Made by a program: the position numbers and the translations under genes. A stretch of 64,000 bases of DNA, from assembly GCA_010405405.1 (NCBI GenBank), contig MU004236.1, forward strand, positions 917,457 through 981,456, given 5' to 3'. The notes below the pieces were generated by a model, which ran no database searches, was not told the DNA's origin, and worked only from the letters and a program-made list of their open reading frames with translations. Source of the stretch: Microthyrium microscopicum (Eukaryota). This document shows, one piece after another, positions 48,413-62,300 of the stretch. The stretch's first letter is position 1, and every line of letters begins with the position of its first letter.

Positions 48413-49281
48413 ACTCATGTGGACACCCTGCCTTTGACTTAGCGGACTTGCTTCTACTTTTGAAATGTAACATTATATGACCGGCTTCCCAGCCGTTGTC
48501 ACCGTACCTTTGCGCTCTGCCTTACCCAACACCCCCAAAAAGCATAATACCAGTAGCGATGTTGAGCATCTGCGTCTTTCACCCCTTTTTCGTACCCAGC
48601 TTTTTCTTCTAATTTTCAAGACTCGCTCGAGGGTCTCCTTTACTGGATCAACCTTCACCAAAAAACTACCCAGTACCACTGCATTGTTTGGGATTGTTAG
48701 GCGTTGTTGCTGTGGGCTTTTGTATTCACAATAACCTGGAATTGGGGATTTGCTGCATAACTTTTTTTACCTTCTTCTTGCAAGGGCAAGGCCTCTTTTG
48801 CAATTGCTCTTGCTATTCGGAATGTTTTTTATGATGTTGGACTTTTATGAAGAGACTGGCGGAAGAAGCAAAATTGAGACAGACACCTTTGAAATAGGGG
48901 TTGAACAGCGGTAGTTTGGGACATTAGTTGTAGCTGATCAAGCTTAGATGAGAATGAAAATTGCATCGTGGTGCAAAAAGATATCTTCATTTGATTGTGG
49001 AAATGTGAACTCGATGTATTTTGGGAATTCAATCATTCTCTACTTTCTTCCGTAATGAATTCTGATCCCAGACGCCTATGCTTTCATATACAAGTTGTTC
49101 ATCATCGTCAGTCTATATCTTCCCATCAGAATGCGGTCCTCCGTGGCGTTGGTCGTGCTGTTTGTTGAGCCGCATTCATGTACGAGGTATGCTTCAACCG
49201 TCGTGGATGTGTTTGGTTTCTCCTGTGTATCGATTTGACACCATTTGCTCCAAGTGAATCGTTTTCCGTGCCGTTGTCAGC

Positions 49282-52029
49282 CTAGAAAGTAGCATTGTGT
49301 GAAAGAGCACTGATTCCCGACCCCGGCGGCGAGTACTTATCCATCTCAGGTTCAATATCCTCCTATCACGCCGTTAGCAATCCCATCAGTCTCATATAGT
49401 TTCACGTCAAACATACCTTGTGTATAAACACATCCTTATCATACCGCGCCCCATAATACGTTACTTCCTCAACCTTATTCTTCCCCATCTTAATCCGCAT
49501 GCCCTGCGCGCTCTCCCGCGAAGGATCGCGATCATGGTAGTTATGCGGTACAAACATGACCGACGTACCCGACCAATGCATCAGCGTATTCGGCACATCT
49601 GCACTATTACTCAAATGATGCACGCCCAAATTGAAATACACCACCAAATCTTCCTGACTAGTACTCTCGCCGTTGACCATCTTTCCAAAACTCAGCAAGG
49701 GGTCGTCTCGCTCCCAACCATTCCATTCGCTCACGCTCTTTAGCTCGCTATCATGTTGCCGCAGCACAAAGAGATCGTGCAGTGCCCAGTCCGCTGCGCG
49801 GCCGGCGGCGGTGGAGTTTGCCATGGCGAGATGGGGTGGTGTACCCATGCCGGTGCCAGGCACGATCTTGTAGCCGCGCTTTTCACCCCAGGCGTTGGTG
49901 GATGCGTTGTTGAGAACGACGTAGAGGCCTTGGGAGTTGCGGGGCCAGTCTAGTCCTGCTTCGGTGAGTTGGGGTGTGTGAACCAGGTGCATTGTGTTGC
50001 GGGCTTCGTCTTCCCATTCATATTTGCGGGTTATGGGCTCGACGTCGACTTTGTAGAGGGTATTGGCGGTGCCAGCGATATCGAGGTCTGCTTTGAAGTT
50101 GAGGATGTGCGTATGCATGGATGAGGCGACGACGTCGTGGATCCGGTAGCCATATTCGAAGAGTTGGGTCTCGCCGCGGGTGGCGAGGTCGTGGCGGACG
50201 GAGTCGATGGCGAGATAGTCGGTGAAGATGTAGCCGGAGGCGTGGATCTTGACTTCGACGGATCCGTCGAGGTAGAATAGGTAGCTGGTGGTGTAGTCGT
50301 AGTTGCCCACGGAGGAGACGGAGCGGACGACTAGGTAGGAGTTGCGGGAGACGGTTACTTTGGAAGGCGAAGTGTGTCGTTGGAGAGCATGGTCGCTGAC
50401 TGCTTCGAAGACACAAATTACATTCTTCTTGGTGATATATTTGCCCTCGCGGTATATCGTCACCGGTAAGAATGTGGCATAGGCTGGACAGTCGTATCCA
50501 GGAACCAATTCGAAAGCGTTCAAGCCGAAGCCGAACATGGTATCAAAGAACAATTGGCCAGAACTGGAAGGATTTCCTCCGGCGTAATGAGCCATAGCCT
50601 CCTGCATTCCGAGCTCGTACATGATTCTCTCGCCGCGGAAGCGGATATCAAAGACTGAGAGAGCAGCAACTTGGCTGAAAGTAAGGTAAAACTCCCAGCC
50701 CATCCACTTGACGTACTTTTCAGCCTCGTCAATCTCAACTCTTGGGCCGTACGGTTGGACGAGCATCGGTGCATAACGCTCTCGCCCTTCGATACCTTCT
50801 TCGGTTGGCTCTGCTGCTGTCCAGTCACCGTCTGCATTCCGCATGCTCTTTCGTACTCTGCCATCTTTCCAGGCGTTGTAGAATGTGTTGGTGCTGTTGT
50901 ACAGGACACCGTCGTAATACCAGTTGGCAATATTCCACTTGGAAACATCGAATCCTGAGACCTCTACAACAGTGTCAGCAGCCAGAATTCGAAGTGATTA
51001 GGAGTCCTTCGTACCTAGCTTGGCATACATGCCTTGAGGAAGCAAAGAAAAGGCATCGACTATCCGTATGCTTCCCAGCGCTTGCACGGTGATCCATCCA
51101 ACGATGAGGTTCTCCTCCAAAGAAGGATGCGAAAGGCCCATAAGTCCAGGAGTCTCAGTCATCTGCGTGTAATCGGGAGTCTGCCCATTGTCAACTAGGC
51201 GCCCAATAGTTCAGTCAGATAACATACTTCACCCAACAAATCCTGCATCAAATCCTTCAGCTGACCATTCACGATGCTATTGAACCACTCATACAACGCA
51301 ATAATATCCGGCACCGGCCGTCTAATATGATTCCGTCCAGAATTATAGCAATAACTCAACGGCTGCATCGTCGTCCTCTCACCAACCGGCAATGGTCCAA
51401 CCTAAAATCATCATTAGCACAACAACCTCCCTTATCAATTGAAAAGAGAACACTCACCATCCACTCCGATATCCCACCCAGATCTTTTCCCCACTCCTTA
51501 TTCTGCAACATGACGACCCGCGCATAACTCCCCACCTCACTCTGTTCAACCGCATCCGCCAAAAACGGCAACACATCCGTCTTATTCGGCATCAATCTCT
51601 CCACAAACACCCTATACCCATTAGCCCACATTCCTACCCCATTATACGCGGTACTTACACGCCCGCCGTCTTCGGCACACCAGCCGCTCTATTCCCGCCC
51701 TTCACAAAGTCCACCACATCATCAACCTCACTCCTCCCCAACTCACGCCATACATTCGCCCGAGGCGCGCTCACGGTCCTTATACGCCCTGGATTCTGTT
51801 TATCCCCATGACTAGTGACTGCCGCCGAAGGGGTACTGGAGATGGGTGTGCTGGGGTTGTGGAGGGTGGGTAGTTTGCGGTAGTTGTGTGGCATGAAAGA
51901 GAAGAAGAGGACGGTGACGGTGAGGAAGATTGTGACGAAGAGGGGAAAGGGTGGTAGACGGGCTATGTAGAGGGGCCAGCGGGTTCGCCAGGCGGCGTTG
52001 GGGTGGTCGCCTGGGTGGAGTTTTGGCAT
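49282..52029 (-). CDS. Copper-containing (TPQ) amine oxidase with N-terminal membrane anchor
   Basis: SVGNYDY TPQ consensus, HTH and GVHH Cu ligands, FDIRFRGERIMYEL. N-terminal hydrophobic segment. Several introns, last exon 49362-49282. Confidence 0.9.
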
Positions 52030-52664
52030 TGTTGTGGTTGGGTTATTTCATGGGATTGGTGATTTGGTGTAGAGGGATTGGAGGGTTGGAGAGCAGGTGG
52101 TGAAAGAATGAAGGAAGGTACTTATGAGGTAGTAGGAAGTGAATTGTTTGGACTGATTAAGGAAAGAGCAATTGGTACTGTGTGCTGGGCAATTAGTTGT
52201 GCAGGAAATATCGGCAGGTATGATGATTGATATCAGTAGGATCATAAGATTATTTTGGTGTAGGCGGGGAGATTGACTCTAGAGCGATTACGGGTGGTTT
52301 GTTCGCTTATGCTTACTGGATTTGCAAGGTATATGCACCGATGTGCTGCATCAAGAGCACTTTTCGCGGGGATGTCGATAACGGCCATCTTGGCAATTCA
52401 TGACGCTCACATGAAGTTTTCTCATTAAAAACTCCAATGTGAAGAGACACTTTGTATATTGGGCTGTTGAGTGGCCAAGTTTGGGATCTGAAGGGTCAAT
52501 GATTGCGAAAGAGTAGCAATTGTTAGTATCTACTAATGGTAGACACCACAGCAAGATCAAATATCAACTTGAAGATACGAACCGTTATATTTGAGTGTAT
52601 ATAACATGGACATAACGCTGGTTCATAATGCCGTGACCTAGCTCATGATGATTCGAACATGCTA

Positions 52665-53737
52665 TCAATTCCATTCCACTCTTGGACTGAACTCTACCCT
52701 CTTGGCTCTTCCACCCGGACTTCTCGAGGAACCGTTTTTCATGTTACTCGAGTTGTTCGGACTACTCATGAATAACAAAGTTTCCACCGCGTCCTTTTCC
52801 GCCTGGTTCTGCAAACTTGGTGACTGAAACGAAGGATCTAGACGAACAGGCGACATAGGACCATTATGCCGCCGAGCTTCTGCACTGAAGCCCGATCGAG
52901 ATAGAACTGGCGGGAACCTCGATCCACTTGAACGTCGCGAGTTCCTTTTTGGTGATATGATTTGAGCGGCCGGAGCTAGTGGTGATGGCCAAGCATTCGA
53001 GTTGTGGTGAGGAGAGTCTGGAAATGGTGGAGACTGAATGTGATGTTGTAGGATCTGAGAGAGATGGGTCGGACTGGTGCGTGGCATGGGAGAAAGTATG
53101 TATGCATCCGATGAGATGCTGCCTCGACGGGTAAATGCAGATGCAGGCGAGGCTGGAGACGATAGTTGAGATTGTGAGAGTTGCTCGACTTGGTCGAGAC
53201 TTTGACCTTCCCAGCCGTTTTGGACTTTCATCATGGCATACTTTAGGCGTGTGCGTAGCTTGGAGGAGAGCTGATATTGTGTTAGTAATATGTGCAAGCG
53301 AAGGATGACTATCGGGTACTTACTTCGCCCACTTTCAAGTCTTTCTTTACAGTTTCGGATCGTTCAGTCGGAGGTACAGCACGGGTTGGGCTAGGCGGTT
53401 TAACTGTTCCGCTGGCAGTCCTTTTCGAACCTTTATTCAAACTTGCTGGATCCGTAAACGCACTATCATCAGAGCCAGTCGCGTCACTCGAAGAACTTGA
53501 CTCTCGTAAAATTACTGGGCGATGGAGTGGTTGAGATGAATCGGAAAGGAAGCCTTGTTCCTCAACTAACAGGGGAGAGAGAGCTTCTGTATCAATTGTA
53601 GTGGTAGATACACTGCTGGATGTCTTTATCAAAGACGGAACTTGGAGCTGGGGTGGTGATGACTGTGAGGAGTAGGGCGAAGATTCCTTGATGTGGGCAG
53701 CGGCCAGAGCGGGTGCCGAAGCTGGTTGCTCTGCCAT
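52665..53737 (-). CDS. Whi5/Nrm1-like G1/S transcriptional repressor
   Basis: LRTRLKYAMMKVQNGW motif (Whi5-like), many S/T-P CDK-type sites, C-terminal EKDAVETLLFMSSP. One intron ~53273-53323. Confidence 0.65.
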
Positions 53738-53919
53738 ATCCAAATAGAGGGTTTAGTGAAGGTATGATAACCTGAATATCAGTCAAGATAGCGAGAGGAA
53801 GCCTTGTATGCAGCGGGATAGTATAGATCAGGCGGCAATATTGTGTAGAAGTACACGGTATGTGTTAGACACGAGACTAAGTCCGTTGGTCGAATGGAGA
53901 GATCCAAGACTCTAGCCAA

Positions 53920-54205
53920 ACGCGAAATGACGCGAGCGGGCTAGGTTAACCAACTTTGGACCGTGGATAAATGGGGTGGCAGGCCAAACGCGGTCGGGAT
54001 CTCGTGCTCTCCAACGCAGTATCGAAGCTGTAGATGGCCAAGCTCTCACAAACAGTCGCTTAAAAGTAGAGTCTTGAAGAGTGGGACAGAGTGGAGGTCC
54101 GATTTAGAATAGAGTGTAGGAAGAGCTGTCAGGACTAAGACGTAGAAGAGCCACGATTCAGGAAATCAGAAGAGCGTTTCGCGTTGGAAGAGATTTGACA
54201 CGCGG
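53920..54205. promoter_or_regulatory. Cluster of MCB/SCB-like ACGCG elements upstream of the Whi5-like gene
   Basis: ACGCGAAA 53920, ACGCGA 53930, ACGCGG 53988, TTTCGCGT 54177, ACGCGG 54200. Confidence 0.5.
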
Positions 54206-54850
54206 CCGGGCTCTGGCAAGGACTGCAAGGTAGACACGTTAGAGTAGGCGTGAGCGTGGTAAGTAATAAAATCCAGACCAAAGCTCCAAAGTCCAATACC
54301 GGCTAATAGCGGGCACAATCCGGGCTAAACATGCAATACATGCAGAAACAAGCATACAGACTGATCAAATTTGCGTTCCGAACAAACCTCGTGTAAGCCC
54401 CACAATTGCCTCAAGTTGGAACAGAGAAAGTGACGTTGAGAAGTTCGGCAGCGGGGCAGTGGGATACAGGCAGTCTGGTGACGAGAGAGCAGGATATGTT
54501 TGTGGACTCGAGAGGGTGAAGATGGTGTGCAGAACACGCAGAAAAGGCAGCAGAAACACGAGATGAACGGCTTTTTGCAGATGGTGTGAACTAAAGAGTC
54601 TCGGTTATGATTCCACGCCATAAACCGCGTATCGCCGCCAATCTGACGCGCTATCACGTGAATTCGCATTTTCTATATTGTGTTTGATATTCATAAGCAT
54701 TGTATTTACAAACAAATAATGGGGCATTAAGAAGATGAAAGTTGACTGTATGGAAGAATTGGAGGGTAGTAATATATCATATAGTACCATTGACCGACGG
54801 TTTCCTCATGAAATTGCTATTGTATGTATAGCAATTATACTAGACGTATC

Positions 54851-57800
54851 TCATCTCTTTCTTCTCTTCCCTCCACCCCCTACCCCATCCCAAGCAGCCC
54901 GTTTTTTACCCTCACGCCGCCAAAACTCTTGACTCTCACGCTTCTCCCGCTGTTCTCGCTTCTCCTCGCCCTCAGCTACCTTCTTGCGATGTGCCTCACG
55001 ATGCTTCTCCTTGGACTTGTGCCGCTTCTCCTCCTTCTCCCGCCGTAGCGTAAGTACCTGCTGCAACAAGTTCCTCGCTTGCTTTTCACTCTTGTCCGCC
55101 ACAACCGCCCGCTTCTGCAAATACGTCTGTTTGCCCTGCGGCAGTGTGCGCGTCGGCTGCGCCTTGAACGGCAAACTAGCCTGCAACTTGCGCGGAATCT
55201 GCAGAGGATTAAAGTGTCTCTCATGACGCTCTACTGGCCGATAAGCCGAGTCCTTGTCCTGCGGAGTAGCAATCCCTTGGTCACGACGCACTTGGCCAGT
55301 AAGCCTCATGCCAGACCAGCCATCTGCCGCAGGTGAGTCGAGCAAATTGGTTACGGGGTTGTAAAAGCGGTGTGGCTTGATGGCGTACCAGGCGCGCAAA
55401 AAGACGATATCGCTCATGAGGATCTTGTCTTCGAAGGTGGCGCGATAGTGGCCTTCAGGCTTGCTAAGGGCGCGCTTGATTTGGCCACGAATTCCGGAAA
55501 CGGTACGGATGCTGGCGCCTTCAAATTTGGCGATTTCTAGCGCGCTATTGAACATGTCTTTGATGAAAGCTGTGTTGCGGAAGATCTTGTATGGGTGGCC
55601 AGTGAGTTTAAGCTTTTTGACAATTTCGACGGATTCGTCAACGTTGAGAACGACCCCTGTGGCCGCGACTCGGAAACCGGGATTGCTGTTGGAAAGAGAT
55701 TGAAGGCAGCAGAATGGAGTCGCTGGTGCAATTAGCGGACCGTATATTGTGCCGAAGCAATGCATGTGCTCTGGGGTATATTTGAGCATTCGATTGCGAG
55801 TTCGCGAATCTGATATGCTGTACAGTGGCATTGTTTGAAAGCGTCGCCATCCAAGGGAGAAGATTAAAGGATCATTCGTTTTCAAGATCTTCTTGTGCCA
55901 TCTGTGACGTTTGATTCTGACTTGGAGGTATCCAAATCTATCTTCTGTGGAAGTGAGACCTCCAACGATGAGAGGAAATCGAGGATTGAACTGCTCGCAG
56001 AATTCAAATGGTACATCGTTCAGTATGATGCGTGCGTAGGTCCCTGCTTTAAATCCTTCCACGCGAACTCTTGACATCTCATCCAGTTGATCAAATTCGG
56101 TTCGGTTGATAGATTGCTGCTTCTCTAGCAACGATTTCTGCGCATCATACCAATCGTCTTCACCAAATTCCTCGTCGACTTCGCCTTCCTTTCGAGCATT
56201 GGTTTTGTCGTTCAAGAAGCCTTCGCGATCCTCTTCCTCGAACCGCTGTGTCAATTCTTCTTTCCGTCGTGCATTGCGTGCTCTTTCTTCTTCAATTGTG
56301 CCTTCAACCTCTGGCTCTTTCTTCTCCCCGTTGGACTTCTCTCCAGTTTCGAGATCTTCAAATTCTCCATCACCTTCGTCGTCCTCATCAAAGCCTTCGA
56401 AGCCATCTTCATCTCCGTCTTCGCCGCTGCCACGGACCCCCATTGTGGTAAACTTCCTCCGCAAGTTGTCAAACACTTCGTCAGCATCGTATTTTTCTTC
56501 CAATGCCTGGTAGTCAAACTTTGGTAGTCCACGATCCTCATGTTCAGTCTGTTCAGCTCCATTGGACTTGCTAAAAAAGTCATCTTCCTCGTCTCCAATC
56601 TCCGCTGCTGAAACTGTTTCTCCTTTCCACTGTTTTACAGCATCGGCCGGTGATATTGCACTTGAGTACAAGAGCATGCGAAGTTCTGCGGTTCGGTATG
56701 TAGGACGTTTTCCATGATATTCCAGTGCATTCAACGCGAGGCGCTCTTTCCACCTAAGCTCATTCTCGTCTTCAGACTCATAGTCCTCAACAAACTCGTC
56801 TTCATCTTCAACAGAAACATCGTCTCTAGATGAAACGGACCCAAGATCAGAGTCACTGTCCGCAAACTCAACGTCGCCATCGACTTCTTTATCTTCCGAC
56901 CGATCACCTGCTTTCGATTCAAAAGATTCTGAGGGGATATGCTCTTGATCATCCAGTCCATCGTCCAATTCTTCATCCGAAGCTCCAGCATCGGCATCAC
57001 CATCAATTGCTACATCGTCGTTTGCATCGTCCTTCTCAATGATGCGGACTTTTCGTGGAGCTGATCGACCCGAGTCATCCAAATCATCGGGGTCGTATTG
57101 AGCCCGAACTTCTGTGCTCCCTTGAAAGAGTCGCAAACCCGTCTCTCCCTCACCTAGCAATTTTCGTTCTCCTTGAAGGCTGACCATCAATTGCTCTCCA
57201 AGACCTCGATCTTCCATATACTCAGCATCCTTATCAAAGGTAGCGGACTTGACGTCAATATAAACAGCGTCTTTGTCCACAAGCACACCTCCAACATCAG
57301 ACATTGGCGAGTATAATATCTTTTGTTTCTCTCCTAGCTTTTGAGGTCTTGACTTTCCAGTCGCCTTCTCGATAGCTTGCTCCAGATGAGGCGTCGGACA
57401 TGGATCGGGAAGAGCTTCTATCCTAGACACTTTTGAGTCGCCGAGACCGGGTATATGGACTCTTGCTCCCTCAGCCGTGAAATTCGTGCCGCCTCTTAAA
57501 TATCCGTACAAAGCTACCGTCCGATCGCACTTGGGGTCCGTCTCGATTTGGGTTGGTGGGGTGATATCCAAGAAACGATCTGCTAGGCAGTATGGATGTG
57601 ACTGTCGGAAAATCAACGGTCGGGGCTTTTTCATGACAGACAAGAATCTGGAGAGGTTCAGAACTTCTCTGTCAGGATACCTGCCATTGATGACACCGGA
57701 AAGGTAGAATAGCTTTGCGCCTTGGTATAATTCGCTCCAGAACCTGTGCTTTAGTCGCTTCTTTTGTGCTTTCAGAGTTTCTTGTTTCTTAAAAAGATCT

Positions 57801-58471
57801 AAATGTGTAAGGATGCCAAACACATTTCCTGGCATGCCGCTAGAATTCAAAATGTTGAGGAACTCCATGGTCTCCATTTCGAAGCCATAGTTTCCATCAA
57901 TCATAAGTAAAACAATATCAACCACCTTCGATATGTCGATCATGCCAGCTAGAGAGTCTGAAGGGCATTCAATGAATGTGAGTCGCCGGCGTTTTCCAGT
58001 TACGACTGTGAGTGGACCGGTTGGTAGTGAAAGGCTTTGCTTTGTATAGCGGCGGATGAGTGATTTTATGAGAGTGGTTTTGCCAACCTGGAGAAGTTAG
58101 CCAAATTATGAATCGATTGCAGTCGCACTTACACCTGGAGGGCCAACAACAGCAACAACCAGTGGTGGTGGATCTTCTGGTATGCGATCGACGAGGGGGA
58201 CATGGAGGCGCTTTTCTTTGACCTGGAAAATGTGGTTAGAATGATTTTAAACAGCTGGCTCCGACGGGGTAGTTACATCGTGAGATCTGACAGCTCTACG
58301 CTGAAGTTTTCCGGGTTTCGCAAAGGCAAAAGCCTTGGGATTGGCACCTGGTAGTAATGTGAGAAGGCTGGCGGCAGCAATGTTGTGGAGAGACTTACCG
58401 GCAGAGTCAGCGGTTTTCTTCTTGTCCTTGGGCTTGCGATGAGGCTTGTTAGCCTGCAGCTGGTCGGACAT
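54851..58471 (-). CDS. BMS1: Ribosome biogenesis GTPase Bms1
   Basis: NPKAFAF, KEKRLHVPLVDR, GPPG|VGKT P-loop, DGNYGFEMET, RHRWHKKILKTNDPL, SGIRGQIK motifs. Three 5' introns. Confidence 0.96.
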
Positions 58472-59352
58472 TGTGTCGCTAGGCGCAAGTGTGTGTGAAG
58501 GAAGCTCTGCCTCTTGTGAGATCAAATGGAAGTGGGTAAAATTATTTTTGGCGGCGATTTGAGAATGAATCGGGATTTAGATCAGATGCACTCCAAGATA
58601 AGATTAGATCTTTCGTTATCAGCCTTTTGAGGCTCTTTGATCTCCATAGGGATTTATCCATCAGCTTGCTCTTGGGCAATTTTCTCTAAATCAGTAGTTG
58701 TTCAAGTTCAAAAGTATGCGATAAAAATATATAGAATCACAACTCTGTAGCCCTCTGGCCTGACAGTCATTGCTAGACTGCCTATCTTTTAGTATAAAGG
58801 TTGACGGCAGCTCCCTTGCAAGGCTGGCCAATCAAATTCAACAGGGGAATGCTTACTTAAGGGATTTATGGGCTCAATAAGAAGCAGCCATCCTCGACTT
58901 GGTTTTTAGATGCCGGAACAGGCAACATTGAATTGCACCCCCAATTTCACTCTACACCTTCTGGACATCTGTCATCGCCTTCTCTAGAGCTTCTCCTGTT
59001 CTTTTTTATATCTAGACCTGTCGGTGTGCTACCTGAATGCCGCCAAACTACCTTGCGACCACCAATCCTACCACGAAGAACACATCTCCAGAAGCTTCCG
59101 AGGCCATACAATACAATTCTCAATCGAACCTCGCCTTACCTTTGGAATCGACATCGCACAATAAAGCCTGTCTGCAGCAGGAACCTCCTTCCCGTCGCAA
59201 TCGTAGTTGCGATCGTTAAGAACCTATAAGCCTCGGGGCGCAAAGACTCCTTTTTATACAGCCGCGAGTCTCACGATATGCTGCGAGTTGCACAATCGTT
59301 TTTGCTGTAATCACCCATGAGAAATTGAGATCCACCTTCTTTGATCTTCAAG

Positions 59353-62300
59353 ATGGCAGAGCAAGAAGAGAAGCCACATCTTCCACCGCCATCCTCAGAG
59401 ACGGATGATGAGTCGGAGGAAAATGCTGGGAACATGCACATCGGGGATTCAGTAGAGCAGAATGGTCAGGCCGAACACTCGGATGAGCCATCGAGCGAAA
59501 TGATGGAGAAGGTTCAAGAGGTCGAAGCTTCTCCGTCGAATGGAACTCAGCTATCGCCTACGTCCATGTCACGACCGCCCCAAATATCGCAAGAAAAGTT
59601 TACCGAAATCATAATATCTCCTCCACCAACTCCTCACCCACAGCCGCCTCTTACTAGAGCCCGAAGCGATTCACAATCAACCCTCGCCACGGTGTCTTCC
59701 CTTCGTCCCATTCCAAAGAGTTCGCTCCTGTTCGTGGTGAGCTCATTAGAGTCGATATCCGCCTCCAAAGACGCACGGAAAAACAAAGAACTCAACGACT
59801 CGGTACAGAAAGCTCTTGCGGTTATCAAAGGGGACGGTCCGCATGACCAGTTGAATCCGGAACTTTTATTCGAACCTTTACAACTAGCCTCTCAAACTCC
59901 GAACGTCCAAGTCGTTACAACCGCTCTCGACTGTATTGGAAAGCTGATCAGTTACTCCTATTTTTCGTTGCCAGCCCATGGATCGGAAGATAAAGATGGC
60001 CCACCACTTATTGAGCGAGCCATAGACACGATATGCGATTGCTTCCAGGACGAAGCAACACCCGTAGAAACACAACTTCAAATCGTCAAATCACTTTTGT
60101 CAGCTATTTTGAATGATAAAATTGTTGTTCATGGTGCCGGTCTTCTCAAAGCGGTACGGATGACTTACAACATCTTTCTGTTATCGAAATCAAGTGCCAA
60201 TCAAACCGTTGCGCAAGGCGCTTTAACGCAGATGGTTGGAACAGTCTTTGAAAGGGTGAAATACAGACTTGACTTGAAAGAGTCTCGTATAAACACGCAG
60301 AAGCCTGGTCTTGAAAGAGATAGTCAGGAGGATGTATCTGAGTCGGACATCAACCATGATCATATTCCTCACATCCAATCTTCAAATGGAAATGGTGACA
60401 TGGACGATGATACAGAGACGGTTTCTTCAATGCCTAGCGATACCCCTGTTGAGAAACATGAGGGACCCAAAATCACTCTACAGAGTTTCGAGAACAGAAA
60501 GAGTTTTGACGACGGTAAAATAACCGAAGCTGCTCCAACTCTTGTAACTCGAGTAAAGCGCACAAAGACGGCTTCTCGTAACGTGTCAGGTCATGACAGG
60601 AATGGCAGTGGAACTCCTGTTCCACAAGACGCGAACTCCGAGGACGAAGAGGATGAGATTTATATTCGCGACGCATATCTGGTTTTCAGAGCTATGTGTC
60701 GACTAACCACAAAACCTCTCCCAATGGAACATGCTCTTGATGTCAAGTCTCAAGGAATGAGGTCGAAGCTAGTCTCTCTGCACATCATTTACACCATTCT
60801 GTCAAACCACACTGCAGTGTTCACCTCGCCATATGCGACAATTCGAAACAGCAGTACTGATGAGCCAACATCTTTCGTTCAGGCCATCAAGCAATATCTC
60901 TGCTTGAGCTTAAGCCGGAACGGAGCGAGCTCCGTCAAACCAGTCTTCGAGATCAGCTGTGAGATATTCTGGTTGATGATCAAGTTATTGAGAGTGATGT
61001 TGAAAAAGGAGATTGAAGTCTTCTTGAAAGAAATATACTTCTCTATCCTTGAAAAAAGAGCTGCTCCAGTCTGGCAGAAAACCACAATCCTCGGCATGTT
61101 TTACAAACTCTCTTTGGAACCAAGGGCTCTGGTGGAGGTTTATCTCAATTACGATTGCGACAGGACAGCATTGGATAACATGTTCGAAAGAATTGTAGAA
61201 CATCTCTCTAGGATGTCTTCCTCCCAAGTTTCTCTTACCCCAGTGCAAATGGCCGCATATCTCGAGCACACTGCCAAATATGGTTCTCATTCATTCGACA
61301 AAAGTCGGCGAAATCTCCCACCATCCTTGGCCACTGTCTCAATGCATGCGCAGCAAGATTCAGATCTTGGTTATCCAGCAGAGTATGCCATGAAGCACGA
61401 TTCTTTAGAGATTCTTGTCGAGATTTTACGCTCACTCGTGGCTTGGGCACAAGGTTTATCGCAGATGGAGCTGCAGACCAATTCTTCCAGTACTCTAGCG
61501 AAACCTTCGGCCAACGATTCAAGAGAGTCCCTAGATCGTCGTGAGAGTAGCTTAACTTTACCTTCTCCACGGATCGGAACAGATTCGCCTATTGGCTTGT
61601 CGAGCCCGATGACAGAAGACGATCCAAGTCAGTTTGATCGAGAAAAACAACGAAAGACAGCGATGGCTAGCGCAATAAAGCAGTTCAACTTTAAGCCAAA
61701 ACGAGGCATCAGATCTTTGATCAAAGATGGTTTCATCACATCAGATAACCCCGAAGACATTGCCCGGTTCCTTCTTGGCAATGAACAACTCAACAAGGCT
61801 GCACTGGGTGAATACCTCGGGGAAGGCGACAAGGAAAATGTCGAAATTATGCACGCCTTCGTTGAGCTCATGGAATTTCGACAAACCCGTTTCGTTGATG
61901 CATTACGCCGCTTCTTACAATCTTTCAGACTTCCAGGAGAGGCCCAGAAAATTGATCGTTTCATGCTCAAATTTGCTGAAAGATATATTCTCGGGAATCC
62001 AAACGCTTTTGCCAATGCAGACACAGCATATGTTCTTGCGTATTCTGTTGTCATGCTCAACACTGATCAGCACAGTGCTAACGTAAAAGACACTAATCGA
62101 ATGACACCAGAGGATTTCATCAAGAACAATCGAGGCATCAATGACAATGCAGACTTGCCAGAAGACTACCTTCGCGGCATCTACGATGACATTCAGCATA
62201 ACGAAATTGTTCTCGACACTGAACGCGAGAATGCCGCAAATCTGGGCTTATTGCCTCAGCCTTCTGCCTCATTGGCCGCTACAATTGGCCAAGCTGTTGT

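Noticed and set aside
49129..49177. 8-bp inverted repeat GAATGCGG/CCGCATTC and a nearby C-box-like word
   Set aside because: Short stem expected by chance, and no matching D box to support a snoRNA
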